Positions 38,020 to 51,904 of a DNA stretch of 64,000 bases are shown piece by piece. Position 1 is the first letter of the stretch; every line of letters begins with the position of its first letter. A model generated the notes under the pieces. The model had not been told where the DNA came from, made no database searches, and was given only the letters and a program-made list of their open reading frames with translations. The stretch comes from Mobula hypostoma (taxonomy: Eukaryota): assembly GCF_963921235.1 (NCBI RefSeq), contig NC_086118.1:21206001-21270000 (forward strand), written 5' to 3'. Both the position numbers and the translations under genes were made by a program.

Positions 38020-38345
38020 TGATGGTGAACAGTGGCCAAGACGACTGATCTGGAGACAAGAGTTCAAGACCTACCAGGAGAGCAGGAAAATTTAAACACA
38101 AATTATGAAGTAAATCTAGAATAAAAAGCTAGCATCAGAAACAATAACCAGTTACTTTGTAAAAAATCTAACTGCTTCATTAATGTCCTTCAGAAGGGGA
38201 AATCAGTCTGGCCTATATCTGATTTTGGTTCCAACAATGTGACTGACACTGTCCTGCCCTCTGAAATATCCCAGCATGCCATTCAGTTCTGTACAGCAAG
38301 AGGGACAATAAGTGCTGCCCTTGACAATGATGTCCACATAAAAAA
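38020..38345 (+). mobile_element. Ancient SINE, DeuSINE/SacSINE1-like
   Basis: B-box-like GAGTTCAAGAC, central CTAACTGCTTCATTAATGTCCTTCAG..GGAAA..CTGGCCTATAT..TGCCCTCTGAAAT; recognised from memory of the consensus. Confidence 0.55.
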
Positions 38346-39466
38346 GATAGTGTTTGCATTGGGTATGAATCAAGTGCCAATTTCATGGAGCACTTGACTT
38401 CACCTACAATTAGTTTTAACTACAACATTCATAAGGAAATTGGTCAGAAGCCTTGTTCACCAGGCACAGTGAGCTGGTATGAAAGAATAAATAATATTCA
38501 CTATAAAGCCATATGAAGATGATCCAAAACCATTTCAACACCTTACCTCCAAACATGCAGGTGATAATATAGTTATTTGTGTGGTTTCCAAAGGGGGCAG
38601 TACAATGAAGCAAACGAGATGGCAAATTAATGCTAACTTGCCTAGTTTCCGCAGACCCATTTTCCTCATTGGTTTAATCACAATACTGCACATGCAAATT
38701 AAAGCATATAATGCCTGAAAACGAACATGCCTAATTGTCACTAAAATACTTGTTGGGAAATTTACATTACTTATCTACATCACCATTTTCCTGTTTTGAC
38801 TGACATGTCAAGCTTTTGCTGCCTACTGTGAATATGATGTACATCTGGGGAGAACTATCGCTCAATCTAGGACGGAATGAAATGATCTGGAATGAATCAG
38901 TAGGTTCTCTTTTTTATATCTTTTGCCAGTTTCTCTTTCCAATACTGATAGGACTGTAAAATCTCTCACCATCAAAAATACTGAAACTGCACTAACATTT
39001 CAGAACGTTTCACAGATAGTTCATGGTGCAAAATTGTAATAGTACATCTAGAATTGCAGATTTATACCAAGCTAGGAACATATACATGATAAACAAAAGA
39101 CTTAGATATTGCCCTGACCTTATCAAAATATGTCAGACATCACTGGAAATTATACATCCCATCTGATGAATGGGGAGAAGGTATAGTTATCCTGCATGCT
39201 CACACTGTCTGAAAATTTGGAAATCATGACCTCTACGCTCATCGAAATCAGCAATACATATTGACAAACTTGGATGATGAGAGGTGTCATAAATTGTGTC
39301 AAACAAGAGGAAGCATAGATAAATCTTGGGAAGCTGAAATCAGACAGGGCCCTTAAGGAATAGAAAAAAGCAAACAGAATAGAAACACATGAACAGGCAG
39401 GGGATGGAGGAACATAGGCCACATACAGGAAAATGGGATTCATTTAAATTGACATTATGGTCAGTA

Positions 39467-40195
39467 TCAAATCAAATCAAGCTTAATTATCAGTCAACCA
39501 TTCAGGGATAGATCCAAATGAAATAATATCCCTCTGTGGAAAACATACACAACACATTCAAAATAGCGGGCAAAAAAACATAGTCACACAAAAATAAATT
39601 CATTTATATAGCCCAAGTCCCTGAGCCAGAGATCCCGCAAATTAATGGTACAGTTCTTTGCAATCTAGCCTGTCATTCCACCGATCGAAAACTGGAGGGC
39701 AGCACTGACGGGAGAGGTCAGCCCCCAACTGAGCACGGGTGCCACACCGTACCACCTCCAGTGTCTCCTCTCCTGGACTGCAGCAGCAGGCAAGCCCACA
39801 GCTTGAGGCCTGGTTCCCACAACAACCGAGGCTACACAGCTCCCATGCCGCCTGTAGCATCACCAAACAAGGGAAACAGGCCTGCAGCATCTTACATTAT
39901 CAATGTCAAACAGGGTCTTGCGATCGCAAGCCAAACATCAAAGACAATCACCTGCGTCTACACTGCACGCCGCCTTCACACACCATCTCCAATGTCTCCG
40001 ATGCAATTTCTCCAAATCCAATCTGGCTCCTACCACACCCCAGCCACACCCATTCCGATCTCACTGTTGGCATAAACTTGCAGTACCCGAAGTTCTTGGA
40101 GTCCAGTATTGTCTTGCGATCATAAAAAACACATCTAACAAAGAAAAAAAACACCTTTGGTTGGCCCCCAAATGCACCACCATCTTACTGGAAGT
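39467..40195 (-). mobile_element. Non-autonomous retroposon (ACTTCCAGTAAGATGG head, (TTTGA)n tail) inserted in a CR1 3' UTR
   Basis: The CR1 UTR GGTCAGTAT|AGACATTGTGGGCC is split, with AGTAT on both sides; no ORF. Confidence 0.65.
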
Positions 40196-40289
40196 ATAGA
40201 CATTGTGGGCCAAAGGGCCTGCTTCTGTGCTGTACTGTTCTATATTCTAAAATCAGTGATCATGGCATTGCTCTTTGGACAACACTACA

Positions 40290-41020
40290 GTCTGTAAAGC
40301 AACTATTCACTGCAACTCAAGTTCCTGTTACTTAGCCAATTTTCCATCCGTGTTGGTACAGTCCATTTTATTCGAAGGTTTTCAATTACAATTGCACACC
40401 AATCATGTAGCACCTTAACAAAACTCTTTTGGAAGTCCACATCAACCACATTTCGCCTCACCAACCCCTTCTGCTGCTTTATCAAAAAAAACCCTAACAA
40501 ATGAATTGGATATGATTTGTCTTTAGCAAAGCCATGCTGGTTTTTTCTCATCAGTTCATACTAGTCTCAGAGACAGCTAATTCTGCCCTTGATTATCATC
40601 TCTGGAAATTTCCCCACCACTGAGGTCAAATTAAGTGTGTGGTAATTGCTCAGTTCATCCAGGCATCCTTTTGAACAAGGGTGGAACATTTGCAATATTT
40701 CATTTTCAATATTCCCTGCCTTGCTTCCCTCAACAGTCTGGGATGCATGGCATCTGGAAGAAGTGATCTATCCACCTAACTGTGAGCTTTTCTCATACCT
40801 CCTTTTTATCAATTGGAAACTTCACCAACCTCTTCTCTGGTAACGATGTATGTGAAATACCCATTTAGAACCACGGCTGCACTCTCTGTCTCCAAAACAA
40901 GTTTCCTTTTTTGATCGCTGATTAGCAACAACTCTTACAACCTTTTTCAAGTTCAAACGTCTTGAGAGTTTTGTTCTCTCTTTTTTGTTTGCTGCCAGAT
41001 TTTTCTTATGTTCTCCCTTT
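40290..41020 (-). mobile_element. Highly degraded CR1 fragment
   Basis: NQHGFAKDKSY...DFQKSFVKVLH..ENWL. Confidence 0.7.
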
Positions 41021-44000
41021 GCCTCTCTGACCATCTTTTTAACACTCCTTGCAATCACCCTGCTTCTCAGGTGTGTTGGCAGCTGGGTTAGAACACTCTC
41101 TGTGTCAGGGATTTTCAGACAGAAAGGTGGATTTCTTGAGATACTGGATTACAGCTTGGCACATCGGAATTCCATTTTTACATCACTTAGTTGCTCAAGT
41201 ACTATTCTGCTCTATTTACTTCCTTCCACAATAAATACTTCAAAAAATAGTACAAAATATTTTCAATGAACAATTTAAAATCTAGTGATCTATTTTCCTT
41301 AACTTAATTTCTTGGCTCAAATGTTTCATTAACCAGGAAATGAAGCTGTCATAAATAACTTACTTCCAGTAATTATTTATTTGGATCTTCTAGCAGTGTT
41401 GGTTTATAAAAACACACTCTATGATTCAGAACTCATCTAGAGTTAAAACAGGAATTAAGTTGTTTAAGCCTTGCCATGTTTGGATTGCACTGATTACAAG
41501 TTAAGTTACATTACTGTATGTACTCTATTGTACTCTTCCTATTCCCCAGCAGACAGACAGGATCAAATGATCAGGTGGCTCAACATGTGGCTTTACCCAA
41601 TGATACTGACAACTGATACCTGGGTAAACAGACTATAGTGGTGAATCATGCCTGTAACGTAACTCCTTTCTTCAGACTGATCTGTCGGCATCAAATTTCC
41701 CTTTATATTACCCACAGCAAATTCGTAAACATGTTGACTGTTTTACCTACAATGTGCGCAAAGGAAATCTCACATCATTATTTGCTGTGTTTATGGCTGG
41801 TGACAAAGTTAACTTTTAGCATTAATCGTGTGAAACTGCTTTCCCCACATAAATGACCACAATACTGTACTCTGTTCAAACTCAAACTGTCAAGACCTCT
41901 CCTTCTTAAAGAGTGGTTACAAATCAAAGCAGCCTCTAGAGTTTCACTGTTATTTTACACTGACATTAAAAAAAATCAGTAAAAGTGCTCTCTAGTGTAA
42001 GGTGGATTTAAATTGTCACCATTTCTCTTTAGTGATGCTAACTCATCTGCTATATTTCAATATAACCACATTTGGTGACCTATAGCAGTCTGGCTGAATC
42101 AAAACAAGCAGGTAGATTTAAAAACGTGAGCTACAGGAATGTTATAGATGGCCTCAAACTATTCCTTGTCCTGTTATTCCCTAAACTGACGACTTGCCCT
42201 GATTAAAATTGGATTAAAACGAGGCAGGATATAATTTTAACTCAACACCTAGTAAAAGAAGTTCATTGTTTCTCACTCTCTGTTAACTTCAACTAGAACA
42301 TAATTGAACACAATATTCACCCAATTGTTTGGGGTTTATGATGAGCAGTGAGGTTAAAATTTCATTACGGCACAAGTATGTGACAGTGGGGAAGAGAAAG
42401 TAACAAAGAAATGGATTTAATAACAGACAGAAACAGAAAGAGGAACGTAATTTCAAGACAGACAAAAGGCAAAACTATTAGAGATGTAAGGGGAAATTAA
42501 CAGTGAGGTCAGACAAAAGCCAGACATAAAAAAGATTGGACAACTCAGAGAAAATGGGGAGAATAATAAAAAGGGGAATGCAATAGAAAGGTAGATGCAT
42601 TGTCATGCATTTTTATGAATGCAGTGCAGTATAAGTATTGCTGGCTCTCATCAAAAATGTCTATTAAATTCTTCTTAACAGGATTCTGACTTCTGCAATG
42701 ATATTACTAATATCAGGACATTAGTCAGAGCAGTATGAGGAAATCAGTCAGAATAATCTCTGGGACTCTTAGACAGAATGATGTGTTTTTCAGTTACTAG
42801 ATTATGTTTCATCCTGTAATCTTAGCATACGTGTCCCATTTGGAAAGGATACGTCTTTCCATAGCCTGGTTGCTTAATAGGGAACAGGATGCAAATGTGG
42901 GAAGCCATAAGATGGGGGGGGGGGTGGGGAGGCTATTGTTCAATGCCTTTAAGAGGAGCAAAAGTTTAAATAAGGTGGTCCATTGTGAAAAAATGGCAGC
43001 AGTGAAGAATCTGGAAACAATACATACAGTAAGATGTTATAAAATAAATTACTTCACATTTCATTTCTTTGGGAGTGGAAATGAAAAAATAAATTTGTAC
43101 AATTCATCACTGCAGTTCTTGAATGAATACTTAATACACAAGTTCAGATTTCGATCACTTCAGTGCTGCTATTGCATATAAAGTAAGCTGATGCTGATGT
43201 TAAAATACCACTGAGGCATACTGGCACAAACATAGTTACAAATGTTGTGCAAGAACAATCCTTGCTCTAATTTGTATTTTACTCACATCGTGTATGCTCT
43301 CCAAACAAAAGGATGGGAAATTTGTTCTTTTGAATTCCTCTCTGCTTGGCACATCCCCATGGCAATTAGATTGAGGCTGAGAAGGAAGAGTGTGGGAGAC
43401 TGCTGATATATGCGTGTGTCTTTCTGTTCAGCAGAACAACGTTTTGAAATTTAAGCTCGCTGTGCCGCCATGGCAGCTTTGATTCTCATAACTTTCCCTG
43501 GCAATGAAAATTGTTCATGGCACTAAGGCAAAATTAGATGAGCGCAGAACAAGACTGGTACTGAACAACTCATGAATGCCTTATCACTAATATAAAGATG
43601 GAAGTTAACTAAGTGAAAATGCTAAAATGTTGGATCTAGAAGAAAAGCACAAGAAGGGAAATGCAAAACTAAAAGGAAGGGCACTTGATATTGGAACAAC
43701 TCGGAGATGGCAAAAAGCTCCCTATTATGGGACTCTTCCAGCACTGAGCGTCTTCACTCCACACCACGTATCAGAAATGCATCGAAGAAAGTCACTCCTA
43801 ACTTGGTGTGTAACTGGATCTCTTGCCTACAGAGAATTAATGCACTGACAGCAAAATATCCCAAGGCTCTTCATAGTAGATGGATTGGACTAAGATTTAC
43901 ACACAAGCTTTGAACTTTGCGGTGTCTTTTATCGGTGTTATGCAATCCATAGTTTATGTTACTCAGAGTAAATTATGTCAGTGATATTTCTAAGTGAAAA

Positions 44001-46513
44001 TATGCCAATAGTAAAAGGGAGCCCAGTCCCTCTGGTAGCAATCTATATTAGCATAATTGACTTCTTCCTGGCTTCAGATGCACAGCAATTGTTCGTCACG
44101 TAATACTAATTCCAGGTTAGGCTGACTTAAAATGGAGCTCGAAGCTTCACACAATGACTGTTGTGACACTAGAAGTACATTCCACGACACTGCAGTTTTA
44201 CTCCACACACTAAAAGTGTTAATAGCCTTTGAAGGTGACCAAAAGCCTTTCTTTAAGTCCATAAGACATGCTACAGTTAACAGGGAATTATATCTACAGC
44301 TCTTGGCTTCACAGCTGCTCATTTAAGGGTGACCCAGTGGTGACCCTGCTGGCAACACCCCAACCACTGGAGGCTTTGCGACTGGCAAAGTATTTCACTG
44401 ACAAGGTTTCTGGTACCTGAGACAGGAGGCAAGTCATGTCCTATTTCCAAAGGGTCCTGAGAACACATCATCCCCAAGCAACCTGCTAGTAAAGTTGGGT
44501 TTTCTAGACCCGCAATCACAGAGATTTGTCGCATTTTGCAGTGCCACCTTCAGTCAAGCACTCATTCCTCTGCTGATCTACATGTAAAGGTGAAGGTTGT
44601 AGTGACTCCCAATCCCTTGGTCAGTGGATTGTTCCAGATGGGTACAGCAGCTCTATACCATATTCTTACAGTTGCACGATGGAAGTCATTGAGGATCTCT
44701 ACTGATGAGGAAAATGTGGCATCTTGGAGTCTAAGCTTCGCTCAGCAACGCTGACTTCCCAGGACTGAAGGTGTCCATTGACCACACTCACGTACCACCA
44801 GAGCTCTGATTACATCAATAGGCTTCCATTACCTTAATATGCAGCTGCCTGCCCCTCATGAGAAACATTTTGTCATGTTGAATGATATGCTTCTGAGAAA
44901 TCTGAGGGAATCTAACTGATGAACATTTTCTGCAGCCTGGAACAAGTGAAGCATTAGGTTCAGTCCAATTTGGTGATTCACTATATTCATTCTTTAGCAT
45001 GCTGTGAATTCCTGAAATTTGAAGTTTGCTGCTACTTGCATTATGAGATAGTCACAATTACAACACTTTATTCTTATGGGGATTCTTATGGGAGAGGATA
45101 TTAGCAGAGAATTCTCTCTCATATTGGTCTGTCCATGGCACAGGTTGTGCATTGCTATTCAAGTAGGTGTAGATTTAATATCACTTTACCTTGGAGCAGT
45201 GGTTTTCAATTTGCATCAACCCACGATGAATATAATTAATATTAATAACTCAACAAATCAATGCCCAACAATACCACTCAATGTGATATTGTCTTAAGCC
45301 ATTATGAATTCCCACAGAATGTATCATAACTCCAAACTATAAATTTGCGTGATGGATACAAGTACAGATTAGGTATCACCTTATTTCTTTTGTAATCTGA
45401 AGTTCATTCTATTATGAAGTAAACCACATAAAAACATTGATTGTTATGTGTTTAATCTACATGGTATGGCATTTATTACTATAGTCTCAGAGAAGATGCC
45501 TAAAGATTAGGAAACAAGACAGGGTTTGTCTCATCTGCTGTGTGCAAATTGCAACAACAGAGATTTCCATTTCATCTGCTCCCCTTCTACACAGGGCCAC
45601 AGTTTGGTTCATAAGGGAATGATTATGCAGATAAGTATGATTCCTGATTCTGAGTATTGGGGGAATAGCTTATGCTTTGTAGCTAAGAGGTTAAAATCTA
45701 AACAAATTCATGTAAATTAATTCTGAAATAACTTCCTGATGGCTGCTGGTGCCAAAAATAATAATAAAGTTAATGAAGTCTGAAAGCCTGAGGCTGGACT
45801 ATGCACACCTAATGAACAAGGTAAATAATGCAAGCCTTACATGGACTTGTAACTGATTGTTTGATAAGTCAGACAAAGGGAAATGTTTCAAGTTATGGTC
45901 CAGTACATATTAAAACTTCTAATATCAAGACACTTTAGCCTGGTTGTCTTTGATAGGAAGTCATTGTAAATACTGGGAAAATGGAAGAAGGACCTCTCTA
46001 ATTCTTCGCTCCAGAAGCAGTAGCAATGCCTGGCTCTGAGATCGATTACTTTTTTAAATCCAACAACGCAATCCCATGACAACTGAGAGCGGTTACGGCT
46101 CAGCATAGTAGAGATTCCAGCTGGGGGGGTGGTAGAGCAGACACTTCGACATTTTAGAAAACAAAGTGAACAACAGTCACTGGTGTCATTGCAACAGTTT
46201 CTCATCTCGGTCTATGCGTCTCTTTTTCATGATATTACCGTGTTATTAACAGTGACAAAACTAGGTGCACGGCTACATACTTCTGTCAGTAAAAGAAGCA
46301 TTTCATTCCAAATGAGATGAACTTCATTTGCAAATAAATAAAGTTCATTATGGAAATGGCCATCATTCATCAACATTTAAAGGAATAAGTGTAGAGAACT
46401 TGGAGAGATAATTAGATGCAGAATACCAGAAAGAAGTATGCAGTTACCATGATGGATAATTAAATGGGGCCCTGACCAGTCTTGATGTTAAGTACAGAGC
46501 TACACGAGCTGTA

Positions 46514-46656
<143 letters not shown>

Positions 46657-47683
46657 TTCAACAAATGCTGCACATTATGCCACCTGTCAGGGTGTTTGGT
46701 GGGTAAAGATTATTATTAGATTCACTAGATCCCTGTTCATAACATGTCATGTGTTTCCATATGGTCGAAACTGCAGAAAATAGTAAAATCCCGAGGAATA
46801 CAAAAAAACTAACTTTATTCAAAGCAAATCACTTGCGAAATAATTTCCCAATTGCTATGTGTCAAAAAAGGATAATAAACTTAACATTTGAAACCTCAAG
46901 CATTTTCTGATCTGTAGTTAGTAATACACACCTAATAAAAAGGTCAAATAAATCAGGATAAATCAAGAAAGTCTAATATATCAAACTGTGACTGACTGAG
47001 CCAAACAGTAAGATTTTAAGTAACAATTACAGTTGAACCTCAATATGTGAATATCATACAATAAAAACTTTTAAAATGGCCATACATTGTACCATTCTTT
47101 AAAAATATACACTGTGACTAGATCTCCTTACCCATTTTTTCCATTACTTTTAACATGTGCTGTGCATTTCAGACTGTTATAGGCTCTTTAAGCTGGTGAA
47201 TAACCTTAGGCAACTTTTTAAAAACTGAAAATTCCATATTTGGTTTTTTGATATACAGGCAAAATTTCAGATATCTATTTACATAGTAATCAGGTTTATT
47301 TCAATCCTTGCTATTCACACTCTATGATCTGTACACAACTTTCATTTACCATAAAGAACTCTATTGTGTTCCACAGATCATTTGATAGTCTATCTCTGCC
47401 TATCTCTTTGTTCCTCAGACTTATTCTGAATCAGTAAGCTTCTTGAATACACATGGAGAACGCACTGAATGAAATTAAAACTACTAATCAGTGCTACTTG
47501 AATAAAAAATGCTTCACTATTAAGGCTGTCAATTCATGCCTACATTTTAACATAAGGCAGATTACTTTCTCAGCTATGGTATCGGGAAAATAGGAATGAA
47601 ACAGGTATATTATGAAATGCTGGCAAAACTCAGCAAGTCAGGCAGCATCTGCACAAGCAGAAACAGTATTAATGTTTCATAAC

Positions 47684-48184
47684 AACACACATCAAAGTTG
47701 CTGGTGAACACAGCAGGCCAGGCAGCATCTCTAGGAAGAGGTACAGTCCACGTTTCGGGCCCGAAATGTCAACTGTACCATTTGGACAGATAACAGGTTG
47801 TGTGGGGCAAAAGTGCTTGTTTCAATGTTTTGTAGTTCACGTGCGATGTAAAGCTAATCTTTATCTTTAAATAACAGTTGGAATTGCAGGAAACACTCAG
47901 CAGGTTAGGCAGCGTCCATGGAGAGGGGAAGAGTTTTTCAGGTTTGGGATTGGTCATTAAAATCTGGCCCAGCAGTGTAAATAAATAGTACTGAGAACGT
48001 GAGTTGTAGAAGCCTTGAAAGAGGGTCTGTAAGTCCCCTCGGCCTGAAACGTCAGTCCTGACGAAGGGTCTCGGCCTGAAACGTTGACTGTACCTCTTCC
48101 TAGAGATGCTGCCTGGCCTGCTGCGTTCACCAGCAACTTTGATGTGTGTTGCTTGAATTTCCAGCATCTGCAGAATTCCTCATG
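47684..48184. mobile_element. PLE terminal-repeat unit with inverted ends, nested in an older copy of the same repeat family
   Basis: 47684-47760 is the reverse complement of about 48074-48150; TTAA(T/C)GTTTCATAAC at 47669-47683 and 48185-48199. Confidence 0.75.
48053..48090 (+). ncRNA. Minimal type-I hammerhead ribozyme
   Basis: CAGTC CTGACGA AGGGTCTCGGCCT GAAAC GTT GACTG: perfect 5-bp stem I (CAGTC/GACTG), CUGANGA and GAAA cores, GUU triplet, palindromic AACGTT at stem III. Confidence 0.85.
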
Positions 48185-49864
48185 TTAACGTTTCATAACC
48201 TTTGACGTTGCTGTCTGACTTACTGAGTGTTTCGAGGATTTTCTGTTTTTGTTTCATAGCTTTTTCTGTTCAGGGGCATATTATCAAGGTTGAATTTTAT
48301 TTGTCTCCATTTGCATACACTTGAGGTTTATTAAAGGTCAATCAGTGGATATTTTGACCACCATTGTCTGCTGTGACTTTAGTAAATGCTGCAATATCCT
48401 CAACTAATTCTGTCTCCCCACCATTCTTTAAGACCCCAGCAACGTCTTCAGTAAAGCATTTGATTACATCTCCTCGTGGCTCTGTTGTTGGCTCTGCAGC
48501 AGTTCTTTTATGAATACATCTTTGTGAGGGGCTTAATATGTTTTACAAAATGGAAATGGTTGCTGTCATTAATACCAAGTTAAATGTTTGAATAAGTGCT
48601 ATGAGAGATTTCCAACAGAAACAAGAGGAGGAAGGCACCTTTACAACAGCCAAAAGATTCTTTCCCATTGTTTTTGGCCCTATGCAAATTAGAAGCAATT
48701 ACTTGCTCTTGGAATGTTGTCACGTAGGAGGCAAAAAGATTCTTTAACAATCAGCGTCTTTTTATTTTGCGTTGACACAGCAAAACTATCAGAATTATTA
48801 CTAGGACCACTTGTACCTCAGGTTTACCATATATTTGGGACTGAACAGGTTATTACAGCAAAGTTGCTCACTTAATGCATGAAAAGTTTCAGAGTACTTG
48901 GCTAACAATCAGCAGAGGTTACTGACTGAGCAACCTGTATTTCATTGTCAATTTTTTATTCATATTCTAATGTGTAATGCATTAAATACAACTTTATTTG
49001 AAGAATTTCTGGGTGCATGTCACAGGCCTGTTTCCATTCTGCATGTTTATCAGCCTACTATTAACACAAGGGATTCTGCAGATGCCAACTCCATGCCCGA
49101 ACTCCAGATCCACCAACGATGGGACCCTGAAACTCTGCACTTACCGACTCATGTTATGGGGGTGCGGGGTCACTACCCTTCAGGTCTCCTGTCCCCATGG
49201 ACCTCCTGTGGGGGATTCGCTGAGTGAGGGGAAGGGGGGCATGCCTGCCTGTATCTTTGCTGGCTTTGCCCACTGTGCTTGTCTCTGGCCTGGAGGATGT
49301 CCTTCATCCACATAGATGCTGGCCTCTGATTGCATAATATAGAGCAGAGACCTACGCTTTGGCCTAACCTCTAACTCCCACATCCTTGTCCCTGAACCCT
49401 AATCTGACTCCAAAACCATCACAATGAACCTAACAAACAACTAAGTCTGATTCACTAATTTGGCAGAGATCGTCGCTTGGTGCCATGTTAACTAGAAGTT
49501 ACGACCAACGTTCCCCCTCATTTTTTTCACAGCTGCGCGGACCAACCATTACTCTGAGCAGGAAATTTTTACCTGCGCGGGCACTTTAATAAAACATTAT
49601 GTGAAAGAAAGTCCTAGCTGCGTGGCAACAAAGGCTATGTGTGCGGAAGTATAGATAGATAGATAGATAGATAGATATACTTTATTAATCCCGAGGGAAA
49701 TTGGGTTTTGTTACAGCCGCACCAACCAAGAATAGAGCGTAAATATAGTATTTCAGTTACTGCGCAGTCAGCCACTGTTCTCCGGCTTTTAAAGAGAAAA
49801 TTTTAAATTTATTGCTAGTTTGCACTGTATGTGATATATATTAGAAATTCTGTGACATTTTGGG

Positions 49865-50130
49865 AGCCAAGGAAGCGTAGTGGTTAACATGATACTATTA
49901 CAGCTTGGGGTATCAGAGTTCAAAGTTCAATTCCAATATCATCAGTAGGGAGTCTGTACGTCCTCCCCATGGAATATGTGGATTTTCCCTGAGTCCTCTG
50001 GTTTCCTCCCACAGTCCAATGTTGCACTGATTACTAGATTAATTGGTCATTGTAAATTGTCGTGTGGGTTAAAGCAGGGGCTGCTGGATGGTGCAGCTCG
50101 AAGAGCCAGAAGGGCCTATAGCACACTGTA
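49865..50130 (+). mobile_element. V-SINE (HE1-like)
   Basis: tRNA-like head (TAGTGGTTA, GTTCAATTCC), V-domain GGTTTCCTCCCACAGTCC..AATTGGTCATTGTAAATTGTC and a CR1-like tail. Confidence 0.75.
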
Positions 50131-51904
50131 TTACCTGTTTATGACCAGTTTTTACTGAATTAGACTGAAACAAAACAGAGCAACATGATGAAAAGTTCAG
50201 AGAAAGAATTCATCATTCAAATTTTTAAATAAAATGTTTTTGAATTTATGTTATCACATATCACACTGGGGAGCTGAGAGAAAGAAGACGATGATCATCT
50301 AAATTTCAAAGAACTGAACCAACTCCTTCCCTGACTGCATAAATCTCAAACATTTTAACTAATCAGAGGCTTGATTACTTAAATTTCTATAAGTGTAACC
50401 AATAAATCAGAAATCACTGGAAATAATCTTCTCTGTGAAGAGAAATAATAGCATCTTAGGCTGATGAAACATTCTGATTACTCTGCAATTACCTACACAT
50501 AGCTGTAACATAATTCCTAACAACTCATGAATCTATTACCGAATAATACTTATGGGAAAAATTCTGCTTTTGGTTCATCACCATCAACTGGTCTTCTGAG
50601 AAGCTCAGTAAGAGAGTCAAGTAAATCTCTTGCATTACAAGACAGCTCTTTGAGTTAAGAATATATGTGTAATGAGAGAACAGAATAGAATTCAGATGGA
50701 GAACCCACAAATGGTGAATTTTACTGACACTTCGAAATTAATCCCATTAAAATGGACTGAAGTCATTGCTGAATTGTGTGAGAATAGACAGGACTCCCAC
50801 ATAGACCATGAACCTCCTGTTGTTTCTCGCTGAAGAGGTCTGTGTATTAATGAAGCCAAAGATCTCACTTTTAGAAAACCTTTGCCCTGTTCAACATTTA
50901 TATCCAAAATACCATCTGCCTGCCACTGCAGTTTGTGTTTGGACGAATCAGAAACAAGTGATTTGCCACAGATTTCTTCATTGAACCAAAGAAGTTTCAC
51001 AACCCCACTATAACTTTTCCCCAAAATGTTGCCAAATTCACACAGTATAAACCTCTGAGCTAAACAAATTGGCTCCAAAACAATCGACAGAAGTACTTTT
51101 TCTTAAATAAGCTGATTGGATGCCAGACCATAGTATGAGGCCTGTCTGACAGACTTTGCCATGAAAACTGTGTGCGCATTGTGTCCGTGTAGAGCCTTTT
51201 GATAAAGCTGTGCCCACACCAGGGTCACTCATGCAATTTAGTTGGACTACTTTTTATTTTTCAGTTTATTTTCTTGGCATTTGCACAGTCTAACGACTAA
51301 CCTGTACAGTTCTTCATTCTTCTGCAATTTTAACCTGGATTTATTATGTTATTAGTTTATTATTCTCACTAAATTTAATTTTAAAGCTAATCAGATTCAA
51401 CTTTTGTTCAACGAGAAATACAGTTAGAATTTTAATACTAAGCCTCTTGTATGTTCATAGCAAAAAATAGTTATTCTATATCTTTGAGTTGTGACAAAAA
51501 TATTCTCAAATAAGTCTTAATTTTTGGTGTCAATATGCAGCAAATGTCAAAGGTCATGATCCTGGTTGACATCTCTCATCATGCAACTGCCTGAACCAAA
51601 ATGAAAATGGATACAACAGATATGGCGTTTCAAAACAGCAGGGGAGAGAGCCTCTGAGAGGTTTAAAAAAGTGCACGAGTGAAAGACATAGAGGAGAGAG
51701 AGGCTGAGGGTGACTAGAGCAAGACAGAAGATAAATGGGAAAGATTGGAAGAACTAAAGGAGACACTAATAATGGCAAGTTTGAGGACAAAGATAGTGAC
51801 AGAGGAGTAAACAGCAGTGGATCAGTAGTGGAATTTTCAATTCTGTGTTACCCAGGAAGGAAAAAATAATGATGCATTACGAAAGCAGATAGCTGATTGG
51901 TTGG

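Larger units (their letters stand above)
32690..43376 (-). other. Candidate spliced host transcript (lncRNA, pseudogene or 3' end of an unrecognised gene): exons 43287-43376, 38547-38714, 34141-34268, 33127-33252 and an acceptor at 32691
   Basis: Each segment is unique sequence with a polypyrimidine-CAG acceptor and a GTGAGT/GTAAGG/GTAAGT donor on the minus strand. No protein family recognised and no transcript evidence available. Confidence 0.3.

Noticed and set aside
34239..38714. Kelch-like reading LPSRLLHCTAPFG..CMFG-GIEESSKCALN in phase 1
   Set aside because: That frame has an in-frame TAA in the 168-nt exon and the resemblance is too short to name a gene.
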